Shown here piece after piece: positions 43,391 to 53,841 of a stretch of 64,000 nucleotides of DNA. Under the pieces are notes generated by a model. It did no database searches, was not told the DNA's origin, and saw only the letters and a list, made by a program, of their open reading frames with translations. The position numbers and the translations under genes were made by a program. Each line of letters begins with the position of its first letter. Positions within the stretch are counted from its first letter, which is position 1. This DNA comes from a virus (Duplodnaviria > Heunggongvirae > Uroviricota > Caudoviricetes): the IMG/VR virus record IMGVR_UViG_3300027304_000003. One strand, 5' to 3'.

Positions 43391-44352
43391 ATTGCAGCTA
43401 TTTTTTTACCTTTCAATTTACCTTCTAAAATTAATAATTGGTCTTGGTTATCTTCATCTGCTAAGAACTTCACTAAGTCATCCTCATCAGTAGCTATCTC
43501 AAACTCACCTTCATAAATCTTGCCATTTGGTTTAGCTCTATATACTGAATGAGCAACAGCTTGTTTAACCAAGTCTTTAATATGGAGTAAGTTTTCTTTC
43601 ATATCTGCAAATCTACCAAACACCTCAATTGGATTTAAGCCTTGGTATTTGCCATTCTTGAATTCAGTTTGTTTCAATAGGTTATCCACCTGATTGTAAA
43701 CTGTTTCTTCTTTGGAATCATCTGATACTGGAAGACCAAGTAGACGAGCCACTTTCTTCTTCTTCTCAGGAGTCATACTATCAAACTTAACAATTGCTTT
43801 ATTAATAAGTTGTTTCTTCTTAAACATCACCTTGTTCTCAATATCATCATCAGCAACGTAGTACTGAATATCAGCAGGGAATTCACCACGCTCCCAAGCT
43901 TGATAGCTAGAAGCAATTGTTGGATGAACTCTCAACCATGAAAATGCTAACTCTTGTAATGGCAATGTAAAGTCAAAATAGTTATCACCATCTAACAACT
44001 TAACTGGTTGAACGTGCATAGAATCATCAACAGAAGTTGATAAGCCATAATTCCAGAATGTAGAACGAGGACTTAAGTCAGCACTTAATGCTGCTTCAAG
44101 TTTGTCCCTTAACTCTGTTACTCTTTCAGTTTCTAATTCCCTTTCTAAAGGGTCTTGGATTCTTTTGATATAACTAGCTTTAGGATCTAAGCCTGTTCTG
44201 TACTGTCCATCTAACTCTTTGTAAGGATACTTAAATACACCTGTACCAGGGATTCTTGTGTAACCTTTCATTGCAAGTCCACCTTGCATTGTTTGCAATT
44301 GTGAATTGTTGTACTCTTTTTTAATAGTAGAGATTTTTCCTATCTTACCCAT
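43387..44352 (-). CDS. 321-aa head/neck-associated protein, unknown function.
   Basis: ORF immediately downstream of the capsid candidate. Confidence 0.7.
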   Translation of the reverse strand: MGKIGKISTIKKEYNNSQLQTMQGGLAMKGYTRIPGTGVFKYPYKELDGQYRTGLDPKASYIKRIQDPLERELETERVTELRDKLEAALSADLSPRSTFWNYGLSTSVDDSMHVQPVKLLDGDNYFDFTLPLQELAFSWLRVHPTIASSYQAWERGEFPADIQYYVADDDIENKVMFKKKQLINKAIVKFDSMTPEKKKKVARLLGLPVSDDSKEETVYNQVDNLLKQTEFKNGKYQGLNPIEVFGRFADMKENLLHIKDLVKQAVAHSVYRAKPNGKIYEGEFEIATDEDDLVKFLADEDNQDQLLILEGKLKGKKIAAI

Positions 44353-44442
44353 ATGTAGTTGTTTTTTATTGGTTTATTTGCAGATGGTTCCCATCGAAGG
44401 GAACACTGTAAGGCATGGAGCCTGTACATGTCCATCTGTGTT

Positions 44443-44490
44443 AGAAGACTCCCCCACTGGGATGTGGGGGGAAGGTCTTCTGAGTTTTTT
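44443..44490 (+). terminator. Strong GC-rich hairpin with a T6 tract. It has terminator polarity for the plus strand, inside the minus-strand structural operon, just downstream of the capsid candidate.
   Basis: AGAAGAC-T-CCCCCAC-tgggat-GTGGGGG-gaag-GTCTTCT then GAGTTTTTT. The minus-strand reading has the A6 upstream and no U-tract. Confidence 0.5.
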
Positions 44491-44542
44491 GCGAAACACC
44501 ATTGGTGTCAGTCTTAGGATACTATCCTTAGAGGGGCATTTA

Positions 44543-46096
44543 TTAGAATTGAGGAATTTCTTCAATCAATACTGTACGAGATAAATCTTCGATAAATACA
44601 TCACAACGATCTTTCATCCAGATCTCATATCCAGGGAATTTGTTCGCAGAACTCATACCTTGAGACTTAGCAAAGCCTAAGTGGTGACGAGTACCATCGA
44701 TATAACCCCAAGTCATAGAAGGTGCACCCTTCATACGTACTTCACGAATATTGTTGATCATAGAACCATCAGACATTGGAGATACATCAAACACCATAAA
44801 TACTGGAGTTGACTTCTTGTTTTGTCCAAATTCTAAGTTTGTTTGAGGTAAGTCTAATTCTTTCAAGTGAATTAATTCAACACGACCAGTCTCACGAGTT
44901 ACCATTGCATCGAATGCAAAGTTGTAAGTGATATGTTGACCTTCACCTTGCATGTATCTGTTACCAGAATCAGCCATGAAAGTAAGACCAGAATTCAAAG
45001 CATCTGTTTTTAAAGCTTGTTGGAATACGTCAAAGCCAGCTTCATTAGTGTACATTTTAACACGTCTGTCTTTAACATCCACACGTCTGTAGAATAAGTC
45101 ACCAAATACAGAACGAATCAAGTTAGCTGTAAACTCACCACGATTGTATTGTACTAAGTTACCATTGTTACGCATTCTGTGATATACACCAGCAGAAGTA
45201 CGCTTTAATTCTTGCTTAGAACCATTAGTCTTCACAGTTCCAGGACGAGCCCAGATCATACGCTTAACTTTTAATTCTAACATAGACTTACGCATCCAGA
45301 ACTCAATAAATGGTTCCCACTTAACATCATTACGAGTTAAAGGTAATTGGTTACGTCTTTGAGGAGCATATACTAAGATGTCTAAAGGTTTGCCAGAAGC
45401 ATCTCTCATCATCTTGTCATCAGCCCACTCAGTGATTTTGTGCTCATAACCATATGCAGAACCTAAAGATTCAAACATTGTGATTTGCTCACCTAAACGA
45501 GGAAGACCTAATAAGTCTTGATCGAACTCACCAATAGCAGCATCAACTAACTCTAATTCCACACCCACTTGCAAGAAGATAGGGCTTACGAAATCAACAG
45601 TTGGGTTGTCACTTACTAAATTGAAAGTGTATAAGTATCCAACGTTCCAAGGAACTGGATCTTTTACTACGTAGAAACGTGGACCATATTGACGTGTACC
45701 TACAGAGATAATTGCGTTCTTAGAAAATTCATTAGTGTCAATGATTAATTGAAACTCTTGACCATCGATACCAGGCTTGGATAACTCCAAAGTGCTAGTA
45801 GGAACGTCAATGATTTTTGGGAACTTGTAAGGTACTTGTACCTGCCATTTCCAAGCATCACTATTATTGTCGATATAGTAAGGTGTGCTCTTGTTAATCA
45901 TGTCCAAGAAGTCATTACTATAAAGAGAACTCTGAGTATACAAGCTGATGATTTTCTTATCATAATCAGCAGGCTCAGTTGAGTGAAAGCTCTCTAGATG
46001 GTTTGAGTCAGTCAATTTACCTACTGCACGCTTGTCCATAGAAGCTACTCTAGCATAGGTAAAACCAGTTAAACCTGGGATTGTTTGAATTGCCAT
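44543..46096 (-). CDS. 517-aa major capsid protein candidate.
   Basis: Size and position (after the portal and the scaffold-like protein). No alignment could be done by eye. Confidence 0.45.
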   Translation of the reverse strand: MAIQTIPGLTGFTYARVASMDKRAVGKLTDSNHLESFHSTEPADYDKKIISLYTQSSLYSNDFLDMINKSTPYYIDNNSDAWKWQVQVPYKFPKIIDVPTSTLELSKPGIDGQEFQLIIDTNEFSKNAIISVGTRQYGPRFYVVKDPVPWNVGYLYTFNLVSDNPTVDFVSPIFLQVGVELELVDAAIGEFDQDLLGLPRLGEQITMFESLGSAYGYEHKITEWADDKMMRDASGKPLDILVYAPQRRNQLPLTRNDVKWEPFIEFWMRKSMLELKVKRMIWARPGTVKTNGSKQELKRTSAGVYHRMRNNGNLVQYNRGEFTANLIRSVFGDLFYRRVDVKDRRVKMYTNEAGFDVFQQALKTDALNSGLTFMADSGNRYMQGEGQHITYNFAFDAMVTRETGRVELIHLKELDLPQTNLEFGQNKKSTPVFMVFDVSPMSDGSMINNIREVRMKGAPSMTWGYIDGTRHHLGFAKSQGMSSANKFPGYEIWMKDRCDVFIEDLSRTVLIEEIPQF

Positions 46097-46132
46097 TTGT
46101 TATCCTTTTTTAATTTTTGTTATATAAATTGT

Positions 46133-47407
46133 TTATTGAAACCAAGAAGTGGATTTAGTGGTTGGTTTAGATTTCACTGAACTCTTCTGGGCTTGTCTGG
46201 CAACTTCACCAAATAATTCATTAGACTTTTTGGTGATACCTGTCTTTTGAATAGTAGATAATGTAGGATCTTTCTCCATTATCTTCATGATCAACGCAAG
46301 CTTTACTTTGGTTGCATGATTCTCAGGACGTTTCAGCTCCAGAATTGTACGATCAAAATCAGTGAGAGTCTCACCTGAATTTGTTTTGTACTTGTCTGTT
46401 ACTAGGAAATCTTGTAGTTCACCAGCTAATTTAGGGTTAATTGGTATGCCATCAAATTCTTTAGCTTTAATCTTCTCTTGTAAAACATTGTTTACATTCT
46501 GTAAGTATTGTTGCTTGATGGCTTGTTGCTGTTGTAATTGGACCTCTTTTTGTTGCTCCATTTGTTGAAGCTTTTGGCCTTCTTTCTTTATTAGAACCTT
46601 ATGATGTTTAGCAGCAACACTTTCTAAATCACCATAGTTTTTTAATCTTTCTACTTCTGTTATAACATCTTCAGGCTCAAATCCTTGATCAGTCAAAGCT
46701 TGTTTAATAACAGCCACTTGATTGTTCTCTTGAGTTAAGTCCATTTCAGCAAAAGATTGTATTTGGCTAAATGCACCAAAGTAATCTTTAGGATCAACTC
46801 CTTTTACAAATATGGCATCAAATGCTTTTTGATAATCTTCTCCAAACTGTCCAATGAAATTATCTACAATTTCAATAGCTCCTTTTTTCTTTTCTGCTTG
46901 GAAGCGTTCTAAGAATGCTTCAGGAGTATCTATTGCAGTTTCTTCTTCTTCGTCCTCTTTAGAGAAAACACCTAGTTTGAAAAGGTCATTTGATAATGCA
47001 GTGAATTGACTCGTAGGAGCTTCTTCACCTTCTTCATTATCATCCTTACTATCTTCTTGATTATCAGCAGATTGCGTAGCTTTTTTAGCTGGTGCAGTTG
47101 CTGGTTCGTCATCTTCACTTTCTTCATCATCTTCACCATACAAGAAATCTTGAATCCCTTTAACAGGTTCGTCTTTCTTATCTTCTGCAGGATCTGCAGG
47201 ATCTGGGATAGCGTGTTGCTTAGAAGTAGTTTTCTTTGTTGGAGCAGGAGCAGGTTCATCTTTGATGTCATGAATGTCATCAGGATTAGATGTAGCACTT
47301 TCAGGAGACATTAAATCATTTAATAACTCTTGGTTGCCCATACCCATGTCCATAGTATCTTGAATACTAAAGTTGCCTATCTGAGGCATATCTAGATTTT
47401 CAGCCAT
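46133..47407 (-). CDS. 424-aa highly acidic, Gln/Glu-rich protein with coiled-coil regions. Scaffolding-protein candidate.
   Basis: Composition (DEEESEDDEP..., QQMEQQKEVQLQQQQAIKQQ) and its position between the portal and capsid candidates. Confidence 0.4.
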   Translation of the reverse strand: MAENLDMPQIGNFSIQDTMDMGMGNQELLNDLMSPESATSNPDDIHDIKDEPAPAPTKKTTSKQHAIPDPADPAEDKKDEPVKGIQDFLYGEDDEESEDDEPATAPAKKATQSADNQEDSKDDNEEGEEAPTSQFTALSNDLFKLGVFSKEDEEEETAIDTPEAFLERFQAEKKKGAIEIVDNFIGQFGEDYQKAFDAIFVKGVDPKDYFGAFSQIQSFAEMDLTQENNQVAVIKQALTDQGFEPEDVITEVERLKNYGDLESVAAKHHKVLIKKEGQKLQQMEQQKEVQLQQQQAIKQQYLQNVNNVLQEKIKAKEFDGIPINPKLAGELQDFLVTDKYKTNSGETLTDFDRTILELKRPENHATKVKLALIMKIMEKDPTLSTIQKTGITKKSNELFGEVARQAQKSSVKSKPTTKSTSWFQ

Positions 47408-47525
47408 ATGTAGTTGTATTTATTTGGTTTTCAATGTAAAAGTATATCAAGTTAAATTAACAGCAAAGAGACAAGGCTCCATATAGGCTATTATTCAATA
47501 TAATATAGCATTAATATTTTTTACT

Positions 47526-48056
47526 CTAATCTAATTTGTTAGTAAAATTGTCATTTATAAGCCTATAGCTTCTTATTGGAGCAAGATCTGTAAGCGTAAC
47601 TTGTTGAACTTCAACTCCCCACTTGCGTGCTTCCACCCTAACTTTCTTTGTCAAAATATTATCAAGTTCAGAATCTGTACACTCTTCTAAGGTCATGGAC
47701 ATAATAATATTTTTTATAATGCTTTGAGACATGTCTGACAGAGCATCCTGTGCATCATAGACTTCTAGTAAGAATATCTTAACATCTGCTATCTTATATT
47801 TGACAAGTCCTTTGACTACAATATTTTGCTTATCCTTTGTATATAAAGATTGAGCATCAAGACTAAGTGTTGTTACCACTACGTGTTGATCAATCACCTC
47901 ATCAAAGAAAGGAATCTTAAAGTGTATACCTGGTAGTAACACTTGATTAAACTTTCCAAATCTAAGGAGTACAGCTTGTTCGTAGTCTCTGATAATGATA
48001 AATGGTAGAATGTGATTCCACCATTCAATCAATACCTCAATCAGTTTATCAAACAT
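47526..48056 (-). CDS. 176-aa SPFH/band-7 (stomatin/prohibitin/HflKC-like) domain protein.
   Basis: EQAVLLRFGKF...LPGIHFKIPFFDEV...TKDKQNIVVKGLVKYKIADV...WGVEVQQVTLTDL parallels the stomatin core ERAVIFRLGR...GPGLFFILP...TKD...WGIKVERVEIKDV. Confidence 0.65.
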   Translation of the reverse strand: MFDKLIEVLIEWWNHILPFIIIRDYEQAVLLRFGKFNQVLLPGIHFKIPFFDEVIDQHVVVTTLSLDAQSLYTKDKQNIVVKGLVKYKIADVKIFLLEVYDAQDALSDMSQSIIKNIIMSMTLEECTDSELDNILTKKVRVEARKWGVEVQQVTLTDLAPIRSYRLINDNFTNKLD

Positions 48057-50641
48057 TATTTAGGTTTTTTAGTAGCTCTTCCTTTAGCGTTTTCTTTAGC
48101 AACAGCTAAGTCATTTGCTTGGTTATCTCGTGCCACTTGTAGTTTCTCTTTCTCTAATTGTAACTTCTCAGCAGCAAGTCTATTCTTAGTCATATTATCT
48201 TGCATCTTCATTTGATAATCTCTTGAAGCACTTTCTTTTTGTAATCCTATCTTTTCAATTTCTAGAACATCAGGAGAGCCAGATTTATCTACATCAGACA
48301 ATGGACCTGCTTTAGATTCAGCTCCAATAAGAGCAATCTCTTTCTTATTGATTCTATCAAGCTCAGCTTGGTAGTTGTCATTAGCTATCTTATTATCAGC
48401 TTGTTGTTGAGCCAACTGAAGTTGAGCTTGAGCTTGTTGTTGCTGTTGTTCAAGTTCTTGTTGCTTTTGTTGCATTTGAGTATTTTGTAATTGCTCTTGT
48501 CTCTCCTTGAGTGTCTTAAATACCTTCTTCATTTGTCTCATGGAGTTAGTACTGTAAAGTTCAATTACATCATGTAAAGATCCACCATTTTGAAGAACTG
48601 CTTGAGACAATCCTCTAATTTCATCAAATGCTTTTCTATCTTCAGGTCTGTTAGTTAAATATACTTTTAAATCTCTGAATCTAAGATCTGTACCATTTAC
48701 AGTTACAAAAGCAGATTCTCCTTGATTAGTAATATAAGATATAGTTGATTGTGGCTTCTTAGCTTCTACATATAAAGCTGCATCAATAACAGCTTGATAT
48801 AACTGACCCATAATATATTCATGTGCTACAAACAAAGGTTCTGTCTGAGCATAAGATTGTGTAATTGCTGTATTGGTACCTGTAGCTGTTTCACTAGCAG
48901 ATACAGATCCTAATCTTTGTTTAGACATACCAATTAATTCCCAACACTCATTCTTTATTTGTTGAGCTAGAGTATATCTTGCTTGGATCTCTGTAGTACG
49001 TGTAAGGTCAAGACTTGTAAATTGATTGAAGCTAGATGGACTCTTTAAGTTCTCAGGACTATCATCTACAAATACAACTCCTCTGTTACGTGCTTCCATT
49101 TCCCAGATATCTAATGCATCTTGAGCATCTCCATCCTTAGGAATAGGAATGTGTCTAATAGACATCAACTGCACTTTACCCACTTCCTTCTCAAGTAACT
49201 TATACAATTGGTTCATACAAACATTGTATATAACTTGGAAAGGTTTCATCATATCTACTAAACTCTTAGCTTCTGTATTCTTAACTTCAAATGTTTGACC
49301 TATGATAGGACAATAAGGTAATAACTTATAAGGTTTAACATGATAGATATCTGGACCAATCTTAATACCTTGGTACCATTGGTTAATCCATCCCCACTCT
49401 AATGATTCTTGTGTAGGAATAGTTCCTGATTTATAATTTTCATCTACAAGTAAAGATTGCTCATTACCCATCTCATCTGTGTAGATTACTTTACCTATCT
49501 TCTTTTTAGAAATCCAGTAAGCTCTTACCACTACATACTTGTAACCAAATGAAGATACGTTAGATGTAAGTCCCAAGAAGTCCTTAAGACCATCATTGTT
49601 CTCTTTCATTTCTGATTCAATAAGCATTCTAGTCTGTAAGACTAATGGGTCAAATGTATCATATTGGATAGAGTCATTACCTGGAACAGCGTTAGGATTA
49701 CCTAAGTTAGATTCACGTACATTGATTAATCCATAGTCTTGTAATGAACTACGTAAGTGATCTATCTCATCTTTGGTTAAGTCAGGAATAGCTTCAATGA
49801 TTTCAGATAATTCTAATACTTGTACAGTACCAGCAGCGTATGCTCCTTGTGCTCTACCAGTTGTATCAGATATCCACTTTCTATCTGGAGTAGTTAAGAA
49901 CCAAGTGTTCTTAGGGTTAGCTACCTCAATATTAAATCCAAGTTTAGAGTTGTCCTCATAGACATGAAAGAACTCTCTAGCAGATATTAATAAGTCTCTA
50001 AATGAATCTTCTCCTTTTTCTTTAAGATTAAATTCAATCTTTTGAGCTGAAAGAATATGATTTGCCCACTTCTCTGCTACAGATGTATAGTTATCTATTT
50101 CATCTTTTACTTGTTCCATGGTCATTTGATCCAACTCCTCAGGATCAATTTCTTGACCTTGAGCCATAGCATTTTGTTCTATCTTTTGCTTTGCTTGATT
50201 GATTACATATTCGTTTAGTATCTGAGTTTTAAATTGTAACTCTTCAGCTTGACTATCATCATCAAATGCTTTTACTAGGAAAGCATCAGGTCGCTTTGAT
50301 ATCTCTCCTACTAATTCATTAATAGGAGTTGTCATTATAGAATAATGTTTTACATAAGCAGGAAGTTCAAGATCTGATGTAAGTACATCTGTAAAACTTC
50401 TAACTTCTGGTTCTACAAAGAAATCTTCTCTTCTTAAAATACCTTTAACAAGATCATAGTTTTTTACAAATGTATCTCTAGCTTTGACATACTCAGCATA
50501 GGCTTTGTTTGCAAAGTAGTCCATTGTATTTTTGATCCAGCTTTCATCCATCTTTTCCTTCTCAGTTTTAAACTGATCAGGAAAGATATTTAGATAAGCA
50601 TATCTTATTGTTGCGTCTTTCGTGTACCTTATAATTGCCAT
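48056..50641 (-). CDS. 861-aa portal protein candidate with a C-terminal Gln-rich coiled-coil tail.
   Basis: Size and position immediately downstream of the terminase candidate. The C-terminus reads QQKQQELEQQQQQAQAQLQLAQQQ. Confidence 0.5.
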   Translation of the reverse strand: MAIIRYTKDATIRYAYLNIFPDQFKTEKEKMDESWIKNTMDYFANKAYAEYVKARDTFVKNYDLVKGILRREDFFVEPEVRSFTDVLTSDLELPAYVKHYSIMTTPINELVGEISKRPDAFLVKAFDDDSQAEELQFKTQILNEYVINQAKQKIEQNAMAQGQEIDPEELDQMTMEQVKDEIDNYTSVAEKWANHILSAQKIEFNLKEKGEDSFRDLLISAREFFHVYEDNSKLGFNIEVANPKNTWFLTTPDRKWISDTTGRAQGAYAAGTVQVLELSEIIEAIPDLTKDEIDHLRSSLQDYGLINVRESNLGNPNAVPGNDSIQYDTFDPLVLQTRMLIESEMKENNDGLKDFLGLTSNVSSFGYKYVVVRAYWISKKKIGKVIYTDEMGNEQSLLVDENYKSGTIPTQESLEWGWINQWYQGIKIGPDIYHVKPYKLLPYCPIIGQTFEVKNTEAKSLVDMMKPFQVIYNVCMNQLYKLLEKEVGKVQLMSIRHIPIPKDGDAQDALDIWEMEARNRGVVFVDDSPENLKSPSSFNQFTSLDLTRTTEIQARYTLAQQIKNECWELIGMSKQRLGSVSASETATGTNTAITQSYAQTEPLFVAHEYIMGQLYQAVIDAALYVEAKKPQSTISYITNQGESAFVTVNGTDLRFRDLKVYLTNRPEDRKAFDEIRGLSQAVLQNGGSLHDVIELYSTNSMRQMKKVFKTLKERQEQLQNTQMQQKQQELEQQQQQAQAQLQLAQQQADNKIANDNYQAELDRINKKEIALIGAESKAGPLSDVDKSGSPDVLEIEKIGLQKESASRDYQMKMQDNMTKNRLAAEKLQLEKEKLQVARDNQANDLAVAKENAKGRATKKPK

Positions 50642-52680
50642 TATGAAAACAATTTATTTCGTTTATATTTATTTTTTGATTGTCCAAACATGTTATTTCT
50701 AGAGTCAGTGAAGAGTATGTTTCCTCTCTTCTTCTTAAACATAGAAGCAACTCGTTCATCACTTGTTCCACCTATCTTACCCATAATTGGGTCCATCTTC
50801 AAAGCTTGTGCTATGGCTAACTCTGCAGCTATGATTCTATCAAAGTTACCTTGATCATTGTATTGAATAATCTCTTCAAGCAATACAGGATCAAATATCT
50901 TACTCACACCTAACACTTCTCTAATCACTTCACCTGCTTCATTCTTTTCCACAAAGATTGGAGCTTCCATATACTTCTTTAAACAAGTGTGAAGATAGTC
51001 AATTATCTTCTGACTTGAACGATGAATACCATAATCTCTTTTAACTGTAGTGTTAGGAACAATCTCTTTCAACCATTCAGGTTGTCTTTCTAAAAAGTGA
51101 GCATCTCCTTTAGCTTTCATATATTCAATAAAGGATATATCATCATTCTCACAAAGAGCTCTAGCATTATAATACTTTATAAGAAGTCTAGCTTGTTCTT
51201 CCCAAGTTTCTTTCTTATCAGGTCTTGCACAATACGAAGCTACGAACATATCTTGATATTTCTCACCACTAATTTCATGCATCCTCTTATATATGTATAC
51301 AGATCCAAGCGAAGTTGAATATGCAGACTTACCTTGTCTATATGGATCGACTCCTGCTACATACAATCCATAAGGTGGATTATCTATAGGGAATTCATAT
51401 ATAACTACAGGTGCTTCTTTTAAGTCTGAGTTCTTTAGAGGGAAGTTAGAGATAGGTAGTTTATCTGTAAACTCATGCTCTATACCATTCTCTCCAGAAA
51501 ATAATATAACTGGAGTTCCTGTTCTTTCTTGTTGTAACAACCTGGACTTCTGTCTCTTAGCACTCTCAATATCAAATATATTTGTGTCCTCGTTCAAGAA
51601 GATATCATCTACCTCTTGAGGATAGTACATCTTTTCTTTTAGATAGGCAATACGATCACCAGCTTTCTTAAGTCTTTCTAAATCTCTATTAGTAATTTCT
51701 GTAGCCTTATCTTCATTACTTACAAGCATTTTAACATTATGTAAGTCTGAACTAGCTGACTCATTTAAGTATGCTCCTAGTGTAGAATCCTCCTTTGCCT
51801 CCATTCTATATTTATGGGAGATAAACAACCCATGTATACGTTTGTCATCTTTAGCATTATTATATGTAAGGAAATTAAAGTTGTCTACGTCAAACATTAA
51901 GCTTTTGGCATCCATGAATTTCTTCATGTCACCACCTGTACCAGTAAGAATGGGACTACATCCCCAACCATAGGGTGTAGTGAAACCAGGAATAGCTGCC
52001 TGTAAGCCTCGAAGGAAATTTCCTTTACCAATCTCATCTATAATTAATTTACGTGGTTTTGTACCTGCAATTGCCTCTTCATTATTACCTTCATCAAGGT
52101 TACGTATTAGAATGGAAGAGAATGGGATACGTTCACCAGACTTGGTCTTTATACCTAGAGTCACTTGGTTCTTCCAGTTGTCCTCAATTCTCTGCCACCT
52201 CCAATACTCAGGAATGAAATTCAATCCTTTGTCAATCTTATCAGTAATCAGTTTTATATCTGGGGCATTTAAGCCTGCTATGATATTCTGACTGTTTTCA
52301 TCAAAGGTCGCACCCCATGCAATATAGGATGCTTCAAGAACAGACTTGGCAAAACGTCTAATACCTAGAATGACTAAGCCCCTCTTTTCTTGTTGAGCTC
52401 TGTCAATTTCGTTCGTCACAAGCCATTCATTATCTCTCAATAGGGGATTGGCATATTTCTGTGCAATCCTCCCATAACTATCTATTATATCTACTTCTGT
52501 ATGCCATATATTAAGGTGCCAGTAAAGGAAAGGATTAATATAAGTTCCTCCCATCATAGCTCCATTTAAGCATAGCTCTCTGTGAAAGTCAAAGAATGGC
52601 TTACATTCCTGAGACTCTTTATCAGGAATACGCTTCTGATTTATAAACCAGTCTTTGTAGTCTATACTTTGTAGTTCCAT
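50641..52680 (-). CDS. 679-aa terminase large subunit candidate.
   Basis: Deviant Walker A-like LGIRRFAKS, Walker B-like KLIIDEIG, and size/position adjacent to the portal candidate. Confidence 0.55.
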   Translation of the reverse strand: MELQSIDYKDWFINQKRIPDKESQECKPFFDFHRELCLNGAMMGGTYINPFLYWHLNIWHTEVDIIDSYGRIAQKYANPLLRDNEWLVTNEIDRAQQEKRGLVILGIRRFAKSVLEASYIAWGATFDENSQNIIAGLNAPDIKLITDKIDKGLNFIPEYWRWQRIEDNWKNQVTLGIKTKSGERIPFSSILIRNLDEGNNEEAIAGTKPRKLIIDEIGKGNFLRGLQAAIPGFTTPYGWGCSPILTGTGGDMKKFMDAKSLMFDVDNFNFLTYNNAKDDKRIHGLFISHKYRMEAKEDSTLGAYLNESASSDLHNVKMLVSNEDKATEITNRDLERLKKAGDRIAYLKEKMYYPQEVDDIFLNEDTNIFDIESAKRQKSRLLQQERTGTPVILFSGENGIEHEFTDKLPISNFPLKNSDLKEAPVVIYEFPIDNPPYGLYVAGVDPYRQGKSAYSTSLGSVYIYKRMHEISGEKYQDMFVASYCARPDKKETWEEQARLLIKYYNARALCENDDISFIEYMKAKGDAHFLERQPEWLKEIVPNTTVKRDYGIHRSSQKIIDYLHTCLKKYMEAPIFVEKNEAGEVIREVLGVSKIFDPVLLEEIIQYNDQGNFDRIIAAELAIAQALKMDPIMGKIGGTSDERVASMFKKKRGNILFTDSRNNMFGQSKNKYKRNKLFS

Positions 52681-53045
52681 TATTTTCTATTTGCTAAGAA
52701 CTCAGCAGCAGCTCCTGACAACTCACCTTTACCTCTCACTTCCACCTTAGCTTCTTCCATGTTTCTTAGCTTATCTACCACCTCTATTAATGCTAGATAG
52801 TTTTTCATTGTCTCTTGGACAAATTTACCTTGAGCTTCAATAGATGCTATCACCATAGGTAACAGTCCTCCTTTTGCTGTAGGTTTCCACTCAATCCTAT
52901 CTTTCAATTCATGCAGTGGGTTAGCATTCACATAAGCTTTCCATGAAACGAGTTGTGACTCAGCCCATTCAAGCTCTGTATTTACGTATGTAGTTTTTTT
53001 AATAGTTGCCATCTTCTTCTTCCTCCTCCTTAAGGATATTATCAA
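52680..53045 (-). CDS. Small protein (start probably MATIKK at 53012). Possible small terminase/packaging accessory protein; unknown.
   Basis: ORF directly upstream of the TerL candidate. No motif seen. Confidence 0.4.
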   Translation of the reverse strand: MIISLRRRKKKMATIKKTTYVNTELEWAESQLVSWKAYVNANPLHELKDRIEWKPTAKGGLLPMVIASIEAQGKFVQETMKNYLALIEVVDKLRNMEEAKVEVRGKGELSGAAAEFLANRK

Positions 53046-53286
53046 GGTCCATGCCTTCTTTAATTATTTTTTCAAGTTCAGAGTCATCTGTGTGTGGGAC
53101 ATCCATCTCAATCTCGCTCTTATATTTGCTTAGAGCAAAAGCAAGTTCTTTATCTGTTATACCCCAGATATCACCATAGTCTGAAAGAGCTGTAGCTAGA
53201 TGTCTTCCAATATTATATGTTGGAAAATCATCATGTAGTTCTTGTAGTATATTAATGACTTCTGTATAGTGAGTCTTTTTACTCAT
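52999..53286 (-). CDS. 95-aa acidic protein, unknown function.
   Basis: ORF. Confidence 0.5.
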   Translation of the reverse strand: MSKKTHYTEVINILQELHDDFPTYNIGRHLATALSDYGDIWGITDKELAFALSKYKSEIEMDVPHTDDSELEKIIKEGMDLDNILKEEEEEDGNY

Positions 53287-53291
53287 TAGTT

Positions 53292-53546
53292 TTATATTAA
53301 TTCATTTAAATCATCATCTGTTAGCTTTGAAGATATGATCTCTAGGTCAACACCTATTTCTCCAAAGTTTTCTTTTCCATGTTCTGTCATATAGTCTCTT
53401 GTAAAGGCTATACCCATTCTATCAAACTCAACCCCAGGAACTCCCACTATATCAACATAGTCTATACCTTTATTATATAAGTCAACAAGCGTATCAATTA
53501 GCCTGTCCAGTGGAATCCTCTCTATTTTCACTTCCCTGCTTTCCAT
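53292..53546 (-). CDS. 84-aa protein, unknown function.
   Basis: ORF. Confidence 0.5.
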   Translation of the reverse strand: MESREVKIERIPLDRLIDTLVDLYNKGIDYVDIVGVPGVEFDRMGIAFTRDYMTEHGKENFGEIGVDLEIISSKLTDDDLNELI

Positions 53547-53841
53547 ATATTGTTTGTATTAATTGATCTTCATCTTCCTTAGATTCCATCTCTGGTCCCC
53601 ATTTGTCTATGGGACAGCTACAAGATAAACACTTAGTTTTTGCTGATAGGACACATCCACAATGGGTGCAATGCTTATCAAACCTACGAGGCTTCTTAGG
53701 TTTGTTCTCAGAACACCATTCGCATTGATCACAAATGGCCATACGTTCTTTACTGACTTGTCTAATCTGTTCTTTTATTTCATCAGCTGGAAAGAGGTTG
53801 TTCTTCCACCCCTCGTATATCTGAGAGAAGTTGATCTTCAT
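53494..53841 (-). CDS. 115-aa Cys-rich zinc-finger/zinc-ribbon protein.
   Basis: CDQCEWC...HCTHCGC...CLSCSC, i.e. several CxxC pairs. Confidence 0.55.
   Translation of the reverse strand: MKINFSQIYEGWKNNLFPADEIKEQIRQVSKERMAICDQCEWCSENKPKKPRRFDKHCTHCGCVLSAKTKCLSCSCPIDKWGPEMESKEDEDQLIQTIYGKQGSENREDSTGQAN

Noticed and set aside
44306-44584. 92-aa plus ORF and 63-aa minus ORF (44374-44565) spanning the capsid-downstream spacer.
   Set aside because: They cover the hairpin/terminator region and begin inside the 321-aa gene. There is no start context. They are spurious.
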